64,000 bases of DNA from positions 1,339 through 65,338 of the forward strand of contig CALWRI010000009.1 in NCBI GenBank assembly GCA_944383905.1, given 5' to 3'. The first letter of the stretch is position 1; the number at the start of each line of letters is the position of its first letter. The position numbers and the translations under genes are program-made. This DNA is from an uncultured Christensenellaceae bacterium. GTDB lineage: Bacteria; Bacillota; Clostridia; Christensenellales; UBA3700. A model generated the notes under the pieces. The model searched no databases and was not told the origin of the DNA. It saw nothing but the letters and a program-made list of their open reading frames with translations. This document shows positions 38,540 to 48,662 of the stretch, piece after piece.

Positions 38540-40870
38540 ATGAAAAAAACTGCGATCGCGATCTTGATACTCGTTGCGTTGCTTGCGGCGTTCTGCGCCT
38601 GCGAGCCTGTCGACGTACCCGACGTTCCGTCGGGAGGAGGGCAGGAAGAGCAGACCGCAAATCTTTATTTTTATTCAGACGGTATCCTTTACGGGATAGC
38701 GGTATGCTCGGGCGATACGCTCGCAATGCCGGAAGAGCCGACAAAGAACGGCTTTGCTTTCGTAGGCTGGTTTTACGACGAGGAGCTCACGACCGCGTTT
38801 TCGGTCGAAGAATACATCGCGAGAGAAAACAAGACGGACGTGTCGCTTTACGCCGCGTGGAATCCGATAGTTCTGCCGCCCGAGCAGGGAGACGATGACG
38901 AGGATGAGGACGAGGGCGCGCAGGATACGCCGGAAGAACCCGTTGTCGCGACTTACACCGTGACGTTCGTGCTCGACGGCGAGATCGTGAGCCGGCAGAC
39001 CGTCGAAGAAGGCAAAAGCGCGACGCTTCCTTACGCGCAGTACAAAGCGGAAGGCAACGAGCTTTTCTCGCTGGCGGTAGACGGCAATTATACGAAAGTC
39101 ACGCAAAACGAGACCGTGACGCTCTCCTGGGAGCCTGCGGACGAAGAGGACAAGGGCATATTCGCGCTTCAGTATCTGACTTTGTTGATAAAGAACGGCA
39201 AATTTTACGTTTCCGACGTTGCGGGGAGCTATCCTCTCGACTATCTGGTTCTCCCGTCTTCTTGGGGGATATTCTCGATAAGCGGAATAAAAGAGGGCGC
39301 TTTCGCCCGCATACCGCACGTCGTATCCGTCACTCTCGGCGACGGGTATACCGAAGTCGAATGGGGAGCTTTCCGCGATCTGATACTGCTCGGGGAGCTT
39401 GAAATAGACGGCGATAATCCCGCATACGCGTCGGACGGACTTTTCGTGACCGACGTTTCGGGAGACAGACTTCTCGCATACGTCGGACAGGGCGGCGAAG
39501 AGCTTGTGTTGCCTGCGGCAAAGACGATCGCCCAAGGCGCGCTCGCGGGCGCGGATTGCGAAAAGATAGTCGTTTCCGAAGGTACGACGACGATAGAAGC
39601 ACGCGCTTTTGCGGATTGCGTCCGTCTGCGCGAAGCAACGCTCCCGACGACCCTCTCGACGATAGGGGAGAGCGCTTTTGAAAACTGCACGGCGCTTGAA
39701 AGTATCTGCCTGCCCGAAAACGTGACGAAACTCGGAAACCGCGCGTTCGCAGGGTGCGGCGCGTTGACGACGGTATATTACGACGCGACGGAAGTACAGG
39801 CGCCCGTTGAAGGCAACGGCATATTCGACGGGGCGGGAGAGCAAAACGGACTTTCTCTCGTCGTCGGGCAAAAAGTCAAGACAATTCCCGCGAGGATGTT
39901 CGACGGCGAAGGGGAAGGGGGCGTGTATCTGACCGAAGTCGTATTCGCCGAAGGTGGAGTTCTCGCGAGCATAGGCGTCCACGCGTTCAGAGGGACGGCG
40001 CTGACGACTCTGAATTTGCCAAGTTCTCTCAAGGTGTTGTCGTCGGGCGCGTTTGAAAACTGCGCGCTGCTGACAAGCGTTTATTACGATTGTGCAAACG
40101 CCGTTTCGCAGGGGATAAGCGGCACCGCGTTCGGCGGTGCAGGCGCGGACGGATCGGTGTTTACGGTCGGCAAGGACGTTTCGGCGGTACCCGATTATAT
40201 GCTGTATTCGCTCGGGGGCAAGGTGAATTTCTCCGCGCTCGTATTCGAAGGAGAAAATCTCGGGAGCATAGGAAAACTCGCTTTTGCGGGGACGTTGGTC
40301 TCGGGATCGGTCACGTTGCCGTTTTCGGTCGCGTTTGTCGGAGAAGGCGCGTTCGCGCAATGCGAGGGACTGTCGGAGATATTGTCGGACGGCGGCGCTT
40401 ACGTCTCGAATGGCGGAGTGCTGTATTCCGCGGACGGCGCGCTCGTCGCTTACCCTGCAGGAAAGACGGACGTCGGGTACGTCGTCGAGGACGGCACGGT
40501 TGAGATCGGAGGATATGCTTTTGCCGGCGCGACGAGGCTTGAAAAAGTCGAATTTTCTTGTGCCCGTGTAGGAGATATGGCGTTTTACGATTGCGACGTC
40601 CTCAAAGAAGTCGTCTTCGGGGAAGGAGTTGAGGAGATAGGAACGGGCGCGTTCGGATATTGCGACGCGCTGTCTTCGGTGACTCTCGCGAGCACGACGA
40701 AGGTCGTCGGAGAAAACGCGTTCATGCACTGCGGAGCGCTTGCTGAGGTCACTCTCAACGAGGGACTCGAAACGCTGGGCAGCTACTCGTTTGCATATTG
40801 TCCGTTGCTCGGAGAGGTGGCTCTGCCGTCTTCTCTCGTCAACGTCGGCAACGGAGTGTTTGTCAAATAA
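38540..40870 (+). CDS. Surface lipoprotein with an InlB B-repeat and many BspA-type LRRs
   Basis: Start ATG38540; lipobox FCAC; PEEPTKNGFAFVGWFYD...SLYAAW; repeated TIGESAFENC-L. Confidence 0.85.
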   Translation: MKKTAIAILILVALLAAFCACEPVDVPDVPSGGGQEEQTANLYFYSDGILYGIAVCSGDTLAMPEEPTKNGFAFVGWFYDEELTTAFSVEEYIARENKTDVSLYAAWNPIVLPPEQGDDDEDEDEGAQDTPEEPVVATYTVTFVLDGEIVSRQTVEEGKSATLPYAQYKAEGNELFSLAVDGNYTKVTQNETVTLSWEPADEEDKGIFALQYLTLLIKNGKFYVSDVAGSYPLDYLVLPSSWGIFSISGIKEGAFARIPHVVSVTLGDGYTEVEWGAFRDLILLGELEIDGDNPAYASDGLFVTDVSGDRLLAYVGQGGEELVLPAAKTIAQGALAGADCEKIVVSEGTTTIEARAFADCVRLREATLPTTLSTIGESAFENCTALESICLPENVTKLGNRAFAGCGALTTVYYDATEVQAPVEGNGIFDGAGEQNGLSLVVGQKVKTIPARMFDGEGEGGVYLTEVVFAEGGVLASIGVHAFRGTALTTLNLPSSLKVLSSGAFENCALLTSVYYDCANAVSQGISGTAFGGAGADGSVFTVGKDVSAVPDYMLYSLGGKVNFSALVFEGENLGSIGKLAFAGTLVSGSVTLPFSVAFVGEGAFAQCEGLSEILSDGGAYVSNGGVLYSADGALVAYPAGKTDVGYVVEDGTVEIGGYAFAGATRLEKVEFSCARVGDMAFYDCDVLKEVVFGEGVEEIGTGAFGYCDALSSVTLASTTKVVGENAFMHCGALAEVTLNEGLETLGSYSFAYCPLLGEVALPSSLVNVGNGVFVK

Positions 40871-40980
40871 CCGCGGACAAATGCGTTTTGTGCGCGGCGC
40901 AAAGCGTTGACTTGCCTGCGCGCGTGTGATACAATGACAGCGGAAAAATTTTTTACCCGAAAGGGAAAAGAGGTATAGAT

Positions 40981-42516
40981 ATGAAATTTACCGGTCTTAT
41001 CATTATGGACGGCTACGGCATCAACAAGTTCGGCGCGAATAACGCTATTTCGCCCGAGACTTCTCCCAACGTGCTTGCGCTCGAGAAAAAATATCCGTTT
41101 ACTCAACTCAACGCGAGCGGTCTTGCGGTCGGTCTTCCCGAAGGGCAGATGGGCAACAGCGAGGTCGGACATCTCAACATCGGCGCGGGCAGGATAATTT
41201 ATCAGGAGCTCACGAGGATCACCAAATCGATAGAGGACGGCGACTTCTTTGAAAATCCGGCTCTCGTCAGAGCGATGGACAGCGCAAAGGCAAACGGCAA
41301 GAAACTGCACGTCATGGGGCTTCTCTCCGACGGCGGCGTTCACAGCAACATCAATCACCTTTTCGCGCTTATAAGAATGGCAAAACAGCGCGGGCTTTCG
41401 CAGGTTTACGTCCATTGCTTCATGGACGGCAGAGACGTTCCGCCCAAGAGCGGCGAAGGTTTCGTCAAAGAGCTCGTCGACTTTATGAACAAGGAAAAAT
41501 TCGGCAGGATAGCGACGATAAGCGGCAGGTTTTACGCGATGGACAGAGACAATATCTGGGACAGGGTGGAGAAGGCTTACTCGGCGCTCGTCGACGGAGA
41601 AGGGGTGTTTGAGACCGACCCCGTTCAGGCGATGGAAAACAGCTATGCAAAAGGCGTTACCGACGAGTTCGTCGTGCCCGTCGTCCTCACCGAGGGCGGC
41701 AAGCCCGTCGCGACCGTGGATAACGGCGACAGCGTGATATTCTTTAACTTCAGACCCGACAGGGCAAGACAGATCTCGCGTGCGTTCATTATGCCCGATT
41801 TTCCGTCTTTCCCGAGGAAAAAGGGATTCCTTTCTCCCGTTTACGTTTCGTTTACGCAGTACGACGTCAAGTTCAACGACTTCCTCGACGTCGCGTTCAG
41901 ACCCGAGGTTTACGTCAACACGCTGGGCGAATACCTGTCCAAAAAGGGCATAAAGCAGTTCAGGATCGCGGAGACGCAGAAGTACGCTCACGTCACCTTC
42001 TTCTTCAACGGCGGCGTCGAGGCGGCTAATCCCGGCGAGGACAGGATTCTTATCGATTCTCCGAAGATAGCGACTTTCGATATGAAACCCGAGATGAGCG
42101 CTTACGAGGTATGCGACAGGGCGGTCGAGGAGATAAAGAGCGGCAAGTACGAGGTCATGATCCTCAACTTTGCCAACTGCGACATGGTTGGTCATACCGG
42201 CGTAATGGCGGCTGCCGAAAAGGCGGTAAAAGTCGTCGACGAATGCGTGCAGAAGGTCATCGACGCGATACTTTCCGTCGGCGGACAGGCGCTTCTCACC
42301 GCAGACCACGGCAACGCGGACTATATGTTCGAGGCGGACGGCACCCCGTTCACCGCGCATACGACCAACCCCGTACCCTTCCTCGTCATCGGCGCGGACG
42401 GCGTAAAGGCGCTCGCGGACGGCGGCAAGCTGTGCGACATCGCGCCGACGATGCTCGACGTGATGGGCGTTGAGATCCCCAAGGAAATGACGGGTAGATC
42501 TCTTATCGTCAGATAA
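40981..42516 (+). CDS. gpmI: 2,3-bisphosphoglycerate-independent phosphoglycerate mutase
   Basis: IIMDGYG, GQMGNSEVGH, GGVHS, AMDRDN, AETQKYAHVTFF, DMVGHTG, ADHGN. Confidence 0.97.
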   Translation: MKFTGLIIMDGYGINKFGANNAISPETSPNVLALEKKYPFTQLNASGLAVGLPEGQMGNSEVGHLNIGAGRIIYQELTRITKSIEDGDFFENPALVRAMDSAKANGKKLHVMGLLSDGGVHSNINHLFALIRMAKQRGLSQVYVHCFMDGRDVPPKSGEGFVKELVDFMNKEKFGRIATISGRFYAMDRDNIWDRVEKAYSALVDGEGVFETDPVQAMENSYAKGVTDEFVVPVVLTEGGKPVATVDNGDSVIFFNFRPDRARQISRAFIMPDFPSFPRKKGFLSPVYVSFTQYDVKFNDFLDVAFRPEVYVNTLGEYLSKKGIKQFRIAETQKYAHVTFFFNGGVEAANPGEDRILIDSPKIATFDMKPEMSAYEVCDRAVEEIKSGKYEVMILNFANCDMVGHTGVMAAAEKAVKVVDECVQKVIDAILSVGGQALLTADHGNADYMFEADGTPFTAHTTNPVPFLVIGADGVKALADGGKLCDIAPTMLDVMGVEIPKEMTGRSLIVR

Positions 42517-42559
42517 GGATTTTTGAATACCTATTCCGAAAAACGCGATAAAATAACGG

Positions 42560-42586
42560 GACGGGGCGATTGCCCCGTCTTTTTTT
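42560..42586 (+). terminator. Intrinsic terminator
   Basis: GACGGGGC/GCCCCGTC stem plus T7. Confidence 0.8.
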
Positions 42587-42701
42587 GCCGCACGGCGGGC
42601 AGACTGCGGGATTTCGCAACGGCAATCGCTTGTCAAAAAAAGAAAGCGTTGATATAATGAATTAAGGCTGAACAGCTTTATATACTCGCAAGAGGAACTT
42701 G

Positions 42702-42859
42702 CTCTGTCAGGTTGACCGCGCGGCGGTCATTAAAAGGGAAACGGGTGAAAGACCCGTACAGCCCCCGCTACTGTAAGCGGCGCCAAAATTTTGCATTATG
42801 CCACTTGAAAAGGGGAAGGCGCAGGATTTTGCCGCAAGTCAGGAGACCTGCCGACGGAG
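42702..42859 (+). ncRNA. Cobalamin riboswitch
   Basis: AAAAGGGAAACGGGTGAAA..CCCGTACAGCCCCCGCTACTGTAA, GCCACT..GGGAAGG and the B12 box AGTCAGGAGACCTGCC; downstream alternative hairpins with T-runs at about 42905-42977. Confidence 0.92.
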
Positions 42860-43118
42860 ACGAAAAAGCGGAATTTCGGAGGGAGATTCAACGGCTATCA
42901 GGTACGGCGCGTCCGCGCCGCCGTTTGCTTTGTTTTTCCGCCGCTATGAGCGGCTTTTGTTTTTGCTTCCGCTTTTTATAAACAGGTCTTCGGGACGGAA
43001 TGAAAAAAGGATTTCTGCGCAAAAAGAGCGTTTGTCCGCCTTCCGCTCAAAAGACGTTAAAAAAGAATAAATTTACCGCCCGCGCAGGAAAGCGCGGCAT
43101 GGCGGAAAAGGAGTTTTT

Positions 43119-43613
43119 ATGAACAAAAAAAGAATAACGGCAGTTTTGCTCACCCTCGTTCTTGCGCTTGCGCTCGCGTTCGCGTTTGCGGCGTGCACGG
43201 ACGATACTCTTCCTCCCGCGGCGCAGGAAGGCACTTTCAGAATAGTATTGGCGCCCGCGTCCGGCGAAGCGGACGTATACACCGTCGACATCGCGAAGCT
43301 CGAAAGAAAAGGAGAGTCGTCCGTATACGACGCTCTCGTATACCTTGTCGACAACGAAGGGCTTGAAATGACCGGCACGTCGAGCGCGGAATACGGGTAT
43401 ATGATAAGCACGGTCGGCAAACTGACGCCCGATTCATCCAAAGGCGAATGGATAAGTATTCTGACTTCCGTCGACAGATACCAGGACAAAGAGAGCGTTT
43501 ATGCGGTGAACAGAGAATACGACGGCGTGACCGTCTGGTCGTCTACGGTCGGCGTTTCGTCGCACAGAGTTGAAAAGGATTGCGTCATATATATTACTAT
43601 CCTTACGATGTAA
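43119..43613 (+). CDS. Lipoprotein, probable cobalamin-binding (DUF4430/transcobalamin-like) component
   Basis: Lipobox FAAC; SVYDAL...YGYMISTVG...W pattern; first gene behind the B12 riboswitch. Confidence 0.65.
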   Translation: MNKKRITAVLLTLVLALALAFAFAACTDDTLPPAAQEGTFRIVLAPASGEADVYTVDIAKLERKGESSVYDALVYLVDNEGLEMTGTSSAEYGYMISTVGKLTPDSSKGEWISILTSVDRYQDKESVYAVNREYDGVTVWSSTVGVSSHRVEKDCVIYITILTM

Positions 43614-43655
43614 CTTTGAAGAGCGGAGATTTGTCTCCGCGCTTACGGTGAAACT

Positions 43656-44327
43656 GTGGAAAGGCAAAGATTTCTCAAGGCGGGCAGGCTCGCCGCAAGA
43701 CAGATAGCGCTCACCGCGCTTGCCGCCGCGCTCATAGAAGCGGTCAAGTTCGCGCTCAACGCAGTGCCCAACGTGGAGGGGGTGACTCTTCTCTGCGCCG
43801 TTTTCGGCTACTGTCTGGGCGCGGGCGGCGTGGTCGCCGCCGTCGTGTTCTGCGCGATAGAGACGGCGATATTCGGTGCGGGCACCTGGGTGATTTCTTA
43901 CTTTATACACTGGCCGTGCGTCGCGCTCGTCTTTATGCTTCTTGCCAAGCTCAAAGTGAAAAACAGGTGGATCGTTACTCTCGTCGCAGGGGTGATGACG
44001 GCGCTTTTCGGGGTGCTCACCTCTCTCGTGGACACGGGGCTTTTCAGCGGATTTTTCGATCGCTTTTTAGAGAGGTTCGGCATAATCTATCTGCGTGGCG
44101 TGGCATTTTACGTCGTGCAGGTAATCTGCAATCTGATAGTCTTTCCGCTTCTTTTTAAGCCTCTCGTCAGGATATTTCTGCCGGCGGCGAGAAAGGCGGG
44201 TATGTGTCCTTTGCCCGAAGAACAGAGAAAAAGAGGCATGCAAGAGGTCGGCTTCGGAAAGGATAAGAGAGAGGGAGAGATGAGCGGGGATACGCCGCGA
44301 AACGGCGGAGAAAAGCAAAATTTTTGA
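43656..44327 (+). CDS. ECF-transporter S component, CbrT-like (cobalamin)
   Basis: About six TM helices, ALNAVPNVEGVTLL motif; riboswitch context. Confidence 0.7.
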   Translation: MERQRFLKAGRLAARQIALTALAAALIEAVKFALNAVPNVEGVTLLCAVFGYCLGAGGVVAAVVFCAIETAIFGAGTWVISYFIHWPCVALVFMLLAKLKVKNRWIVTLVAGVMTALFGVLTSLVDTGLFSGFFDRFLERFGIIYLRGVAFYVVQVICNLIVFPLLFKPLVRIFLPAARKAGMCPLPEEQRKRGMQEVGFGKDKREGEMSGDTPRNGGEKQNF

Positions 44328-44405
44328 CTATCGGGCGCAAAAACGCTTTACACCCCCGTTTTGTTGTGCTATATTATATTAGCATTTTGAATATTATTTT
44401 TCAAA

Positions 44406-44450
44406 ATCCTTGCTTCCCGCTTGACGGGAAGACATCAGACCAAAAGGAGG
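44406..44450 (+). ncRNA. Probable S6:S18 ribosomal protein leader
   Basis: CCTTGCTTCCCG-loop-CGGGAAG...ACCAAAAGGAGG, whose 5' CCTTG can pair with the RBS region upstream of rpsF. Confidence 0.55.
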
Positions 44451-44455
44451 TTTCT

Positions 44456-44737
44456 ATGAACAAGTACGAGCTTTTGTACATCATCGACAACGACGTGACT
44501 GAAGAAGGAAAGCAGGCTGTTATCGACAGGATCGAAGCGGTTGTTACGAGTGCAGGCGGCGAGATCGTCAGTCTGGACAAGTGGGGCACCCGCAAGTACG
44601 CTTATCCGATCAACTTCAAGAACGAAGGCTATTATGTGCTGACCACGTTCAACGCTCCCGCGAGCGTTCCTGCGGAGATCACGCGCCTCGGCCGTATCGT
44701 CGACGAGATCGTCAGACTTATGATAGTCCGCAAGTAA
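44456..44737 (+). CDS. rpsF: 30S ribosomal protein S6
   Basis: Start ATG44456; MNKYELLYII...KWGTRKYAYPI...EGYY. Confidence 0.97.
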   Translation: MNKYELLYIIDNDVTEEGKQAVIDRIEAVVTSAGGEIVSLDKWGTRKYAYPINFKNEGYYVLTTFNAPASVPAEITRLGRIVDEIVRLMIVRK

Positions 44738-44750
44738 TAAGGAGGATTTT

Positions 44751-45158
44751 ATGAACAAGATCATTCTTATAGGCAACCTGACCAGAGATCCCGAGAGCGG
44801 CACCACCCCCAGCGGAGTGAGCTACTGCAGATTCTCGATCGCGGTCAACAGGAGATTCAGCAAAGAAAACAACGAAGCGGACTATTTCAACATAGTCACC
44901 TGGAGAGGAGTGGCGGAGAGCTGTGCAAAGTCCCTGACCAAAGGCAGAAAGGTCGGCGTCGTGGGCTCTTTGCAGATCCGCAACTATGAGACCCAGGACG
45001 GCGCAAAGCGCACTTCGGTCGAAGTCATTGCCGACGAGGTGGAATTCCTTTCTTCCGCGAACGGCAGCAAAGAGGACGCTCCCCAGGGCAGATCCTCGCG
45101 TGCGGACGTAACCAAGCTCGAAGAAGTCGAGCCGTCCGACGACAATTTACCATTCTGA
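44751..45158 (+). CDS. ssb: Single-stranded DNA-binding protein
   Basis: MNKIILIGNLTRDPE, acidic tail DDNLPF. Confidence 0.97.
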   Translation: MNKIILIGNLTRDPESGTTPSGVSYCRFSIAVNRRFSKENNEADYFNIVTWRGVAESCAKSLTKGRKVGVVGSLQIRNYETQDGAKRTSVEVIADEVEFLSSANGSKEDAPQGRSSRADVTKLEEVEPSDDNLPF

Positions 45159-45176
45159 TTATAAGGAGATATAAAA

Positions 45177-45425
45177 ATGAGCGAAGAGAAAGTTGTCAAG
45201 AGACCGGCAAGAAAGGCTCCCCGCAAAAAGGTTTGCACCTTCTGCGTAGACAAAGCTACCGAGATCGATTACAAGGACGTTGCAAAACTGCGCAAGTTCA
45301 TCACCGAAAAGGGCAAGATCGTCCCGAGACGTATGAGCGGCGTTTGCGCAAAGCACCAGAGACTTCTCGCAGAAGCTATCAAGCGCGCGAGAGTCATGGC
45401 TCTGCTCCCCTATGTTGCAGAGTAA
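45177..45425 (+). CDS. rpsR: 30S ribosomal protein S18 (zinc-binding type)
   Basis: KVCTFC...IDYKD...[15 protein letters not shown]...ARVMALLPY. Confidence 0.97.
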   Translation: MSEEKVVKRPARKAPRKKVCTFCVDKATEIDYKDVAKLRKFITEKGKIVPRRMSGVCAKHQRLLAEAIKRARVMALLPYVAE

Positions 45426-45449
45426 TAACGTATATTAAAACAAAAGATC

Positions 45450-45477
45450 ACGGCTTCCGCAAGGGAGCCGTTTTTTT
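45450..45477. terminator. Intrinsic terminator
   Basis: ACGGCTTCC/GGAGCCGT stem plus T7. Confidence 0.8.
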
Positions 45478-45612
45478 ATTTTCAAAATCAAAATCCGCAG
45501 TTTTTATACAAAAACGGTTTCGATACGATATTGTTCGTTATGTTTTCAGATATGGCGGAGAGACGCTTTGTTTTGCAGCTCTCAAAACGGTGAAAAGAGA
45601 GGGAAAAAGCCC

Positions 45613-45831
45613 TCAATATTCCTTTCTGCCTGTCAGAAAGTCGAGACTTTCGCCGAAATAATCGGCTATCCTGCACAGATTTTCCAGCCCTATTTCTCTT
45701 TGACAGAGCAGGTATCTCGACAGAGTAGCCTGCGGGATCCCTATTTTTTTGGCTACCGAGTTCACGCTTTCGTCTCCGATGAGCTCTTTGAGCCGCTTTG
45801 CAAAAATTTCGATATGAGTTTTGTCGTTCAT
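45613..45831 (-). CDS. Small XRE-family HTH regulator
   Basis: FAKRLKEL...VAKKIGIPQATLSRY...REIGLENLCRIADYFGESLDFLTGR. Confidence 0.85.
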   Translation of the reverse strand: MNDKTHIEIFAKRLKELIGDESVNSVAKKIGIPQATLSRYLLCQREIGLENLCRIADYFGESLDFLTGRKEY

Positions 45832-45840
45832 AGATATAGG

Positions 45841-45921
45841 TTACGCCAAACGGTATAAAAATAGCGACATTATACCAAACGGTATAAAAATGTTGACAAA
45901 ATATGCGATCGTGTGTATACT
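45841..45921. promoter_or_regulatory. Two XRE-type operators and a SigA promoter
   Basis: TTACGCC-AAAC-GGTATAA (45841) and perfect palindrome TTATACC-AAAC-GGTATAA (45870); TTGACA(45893)-17 bp-TATACT(45916). Confidence 0.75.
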
Positions 45922-45947
45922 GAAGTTGAAAATGAGGTGCTAAAGTT

Positions 45948-46649
45948 ATGAGAAAATTCAGATTGATCACGGCAACGATGTTGCTTATCGTTTCGCTTCT
46001 GACGTTGTCTGTCGCTTGCGACGACAAAAACACGGAAAAAAAGGACGCCTGGCAAATCCTCAAAGAAGAATTTGAAGCGGAAACGTCGGAAAAGGTAACC
46101 GATGAAGAATTCACTCTCATGATTGAAGACGCTGCCGACGCAGACAACTACCGCATGAAGTCTTCGCAAACTTTCGAAGACGGCAGGCGTGTCACATTGT
46201 TTTACGATCGCTGCGGAGACAGGGAAAAGACAGTGCAGATGACGAGCTACCCCGAAGGCATTGAAGTGGTAGAATACTGTTATCAGTACAAAGACGGCGA
46301 TTCGTATTACAATCTGACGAGTCTGGACGAAATAAGATGGGAAAAGAAGCTCATCGAAAGCGAAATCCTAATTTCATTGAAAGACAACTATTATCTCGAA
46401 TTACTCCAAGCGATAAAATTATATCATGACAACGACGATTTGACGGACATAGACTATGTCGGATGGAATGAAAAGGCAAAAGGATATTTGATCAAAACGG
46501 GAGTATATAGCAACGTGTTCAAATTCAAAGACGGCAGAGTATCGCTTGGCACTTACGACGACAATGGACTGACGGATTTGCAAGAAGTATCCGTAATCTA
46601 CGACGTGGGAAAAGTCCCCGAAATTAAGCTTCCCGAAATAGCAGAATAA
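45948..46649 (+). CDS. Orphan acidic lipoprotein
   Basis: Lipobox SVAC; more AT-rich than neighbours; own promoter and terminator. Confidence 0.75.
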   Translation: MRKFRLITATMLLIVSLLTLSVACDDKNTEKKDAWQILKEEFEAETSEKVTDEEFTLMIEDAADADNYRMKSSQTFEDGRRVTLFYDRCGDREKTVQMTSYPEGIEVVEYCYQYKDGDSYYNLTSLDEIRWEKKLIESEILISLKDNYYLELLQAIKLYHDNDDLTDIDYVGWNEKAKGYLIKTGVYSNVFKFKDGRVSLGTYDDNGLTDLQEVSVIYDVGKVPEIKLPEIAE

Positions 46650-46775
46650 ATTATATAAATAACGTAAACGTAACGGGCAGGAATTTTCCTGCCCGTGTTT
46701 GTTTTGTCAATGTTTTACTGTTGACGCGTCTTGCTTGCGATCGGGATGAAAAGCCGATTTTTCTTGCCGATCAAC

Positions 46776-48482
46776 TCACAGCGTTTTCAGGATCTCGCTC
46801 ATATTGTCCGCGAGGGTTTTGAGCGTTCCGTCGCCGAACGGATAGGCTATGCCCGCGGTCTTTACTATCTCGGAGAAGAACTTTTCGCCGCCCGTCCTGC
46901 ACATTTCTTTGTACTTTGCGAGGGCGAGAGAGTAGTCCTTGCGAGAGAGCGCGAGGAAGCCGAGCGCGACCGTCTGCGCCAGGCAGTAGTCGATATAATA
47001 GAACGGCGCTTCGAAGATATGCGACTGAAATTGCCAGCGCGTGCCCGTCTCGAGATAGGGGATGCCTTGGTAAGAGAGATAGGGGCGGTATTTTGCGGAC
47101 AACTCGAGATATTTTGCGTTGCGCTCCGCGGGCGTCATCTCGGGGTGATCGTATACCTCATGCTGGAACTCGTCGACGAGACAGCCGTAAGGTATGAAGG
47201 TGAGCGCGTCGGACAGGTGTTTTTTGCGGTATGCGTCTGCCAATCTTCCGAAGAACTTGTCCATATAAGGCCACGCGAGGAACTCCATGCTCATAGAGTG
47301 ACATTCCGCTGTTTCGCAGCCGCCGATACCGAGCTCGTCGTCCTCTTTATGCAAGGCGTAATTCATCGCGATCGCGTGCCCGAACTCGTGCGTGATCACG
47401 TCGATGTCTCCGCTTGCGCCGTTGAAGTTGGCGAGGATGAAAATTTTGCCGAAGTCGTCGAATGATGTGCAGTAACCGCCGCCCGTCTTGCCGTCTCTCG
47501 GGAGGACGTCGAAGGCTTCTTCGTTCACCATACGGTCGAACAAAGAGGAAAGTTCTTTGTCCATAGAAGAGTACATCTCCTTTGCACGATTGAAGAATTC
47601 TTCGACGGAGCAATCGCGGACGGGCACTTCGTCCTTGGAGTAGACGGCGTCGTCGTAATATCTGAAGTCCGTTATGCCGAGCTTTTCCGCAACGGCTTTT
47701 TTCATTTCCGCAACGACGGGGGTCAGGGATGAGACTACGTTTTTGCGGAATTTTTCGACAGCCGCGCGGTCGTAATCTATCCTGCCGCGGCGGTAATAGC
47801 CGAGCTGTGTGAAATTCTTATAACCCATTTTCTTCGCCATTTTGTCTCTGACTCTGACGAGGCGGTCGAAGACGTCGTCAAACTCCGCGGAGTGAGCCTG
47901 CATTGCTTTTCCTATGCTTTCCGCGGCGGCTTTTCTGACGTCTCTGTCCTTGTCTTCGAGGAAGCCGCGGACGTAAGAGAGGGGCTTTTTTTCACCCTTA
48001 AAGTCGCATTCCACGGTAGAGAGCAGCTTGACGTATTCGGTGACGTAGGCGTTTTCGGTCTTGACTTCTTCCTCTATCGCGTCGTCGTAAGACGCTTTCT
48101 GAAACTCGAAAGTGCGGTAGAGCACCTTGCCGAGCTTTTTCTCAAGCTCTTTGCGAAAGGGGGAGGACAGCATACAGTCGACGTATCTGACGCACAGACC
48201 GTTGAACGCGGGCGATACAGTGTCGTAATAATTGACTTCGCCGTCGTAAAATTCGTCTCTCGTATTCTGCGTAAAGCGTGCGTTGGCGAGAGAATAGGCG
48301 GTCGAAAAAGCTCTGTTTGCGACGGAGACGTATTTCGAGCGCGCGGACAGCACGTCGTCCGCACATTTTGCGTTTTTCGCCGCGGCGAAAAACTTGTCGA
48401 AGTTTTCTCTTGCTTCTTCGAGAGTGTAGCGCTTGTAAGGCAGATCTTTGATTTTGACGTTTTCGTATTTTTTGAAATCCAT
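46776..48482 (-). CDS. M3 family oligoendopeptidase
   Basis: HEFGH zinc motif, ECHSMSME, DEFQH, PFYYIDY. Confidence 0.92.
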   Translation of the reverse strand: MDFKKYENVKIKDLPYKRYTLEEARENFDKFFAAAKNAKCADDVLSARSKYVSVANRAFSTAYSLANARFTQNTRDEFYDGEVNYYDTVSPAFNGLCVRYVDCMLSSPFRKELEKKLGKVLYRTFEFQKASYDDAIEEEVKTENAYVTEYVKLLSTVECDFKGEKKPLSYVRGFLEDKDRDVRKAAAESIGKAMQAHSAEFDDVFDRLVRVRDKMAKKMGYKNFTQLGYYRRGRIDYDRAAVEKFRKNVVSSLTPVVAEMKKAVAEKLGITDFRYYDDAVYSKDEVPVRDCSVEEFFNRAKEMYSSMDKELSSLFDRMVNEEAFDVLPRDGKTGGGYCTSFDDFGKIFILANFNGASGDIDVITHEFGHAIAMNYALHKEDDELGIGGCETAECHSMSMEFLAWPYMDKFFGRLADAYRKKHLSDALTFIPYGCLVDEFQHEVYDHPEMTPAERNAKYLELSAKYRPYLSYQGIPYLETGTRWQFQSHIFEAPFYYIDYCLAQTVALGFLALSRKDYSLALAKYKEMCRTGGEKFFSEIVKTAGIAYPFGDGTLKTLADNMSEILKTL

Positions 48483-48662
48483 AAAAAACCTCTTTTTTAA
48501 TTATCTTTATTATCATACCACTTCGGCGCGCAAATATCAACGACGGCGAGGCACGCGCTCATAAATATACGCGCGCGACGCGCCGGCGCGGGAAAAATCA
48601 CAAAAGTATTGACATTCGGGTAAAAAAATAAGATAATAAAACAGGGCAAAAAGGAGAAAAGC

